This document shows, in pieces, positions 63,537 through 64,000 of a DNA stretch of 64,000 nucleotides (position 1 is its first letter; each line of letters opens with the position of its first letter). A model generated the notes under the pieces. The model was given only the letters and a program-made list of their open reading frames with translations. It ran no database searches and was not told where the DNA came from. The stretch is from Phoronis australis (taxonomy: Eukaryota > Animalia > Phoronida), in assembly GCA_002633005.1 (NCBI GenBank), contig NMRA01000005.1, positions 637,699 through 701,698 of the forward strand, given 5' to 3'. A program made the translations under genes and the position numbers.

Positions 63537-64000
63537 GAGACAGTCCATATAAAAACCAGTAGATTTTCAAAAATCAGTCTATACGTCAAAATTTAAAACA
63601 ACTTCATTTTTTGTACATGGGTAGGTATCCTAACATAAACCCAAATGCCAAATTTTGTGCACTCAATGACCCCTAATTTCGCCGCTGGAGCATGATAACA
63701 CAAATTGGCACAATTGGGCATATTAGCCGTCTCAAAAATCGCATGTTTTCAGCAACAAAAATGAGTAACATACAAAATAGATCAAAAGCTATATTTTGGT
63801 GGCTGAAATAACCAACGTATATTGTACATAATTCTGTGCCATTTATTAAAATCTGACAGTTTTGTGTTAGACAGGGGAGATAATCCACAGACCACTTTTT
63901 GGGGCTAATTTTAGTGGCCATTTTTGTGACCTTCTTACTGCCATAAAACACCTTGTAGCCTTATGTGACGTTTTGAACATACAGTTACAGAGTTAGTCTT

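Overview
This is AT-rich, intron-containing animal genomic DNA, probably from a marine invertebrate; it is not prokaryotic. Eight protein-coding genes can be built by hand with GT-AG introns and consistent phases: the 3' end of cereblon (CRBN, +), FBXL14 (+), a SOCS-box protein of ASB17/STOPS type (-), KLHL10-like (+), an unusual membrane-anchored EEP-fold protein (-), PRPF18 (+), MEIG1 (-) and an ACP7-like purple acid phosphatase (+). The last six form three head-to-head pairs. Intergenic and intronic DNA holds two MITE families with 5-bp target duplications, a TTAA-flanked Kolobok-like relic nested in a larger DNA element, LINE fragments, a Helentron-type element and tandem repeats. Three observations stand out. 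(1) The EEP-fold protein has its terminal SDH motif separated from the rest of the domain by a Cys-rich module and two transmembrane helices, and several catalytic residues are substituted. (2) The FBXL14 intron ends in six tandem copies of its own splice acceptor and exon start. (3) Four consecutive genes each encode a substrate receptor for a different cullin-RING ligase class. All coordinates were read by eye and no database searches were run.
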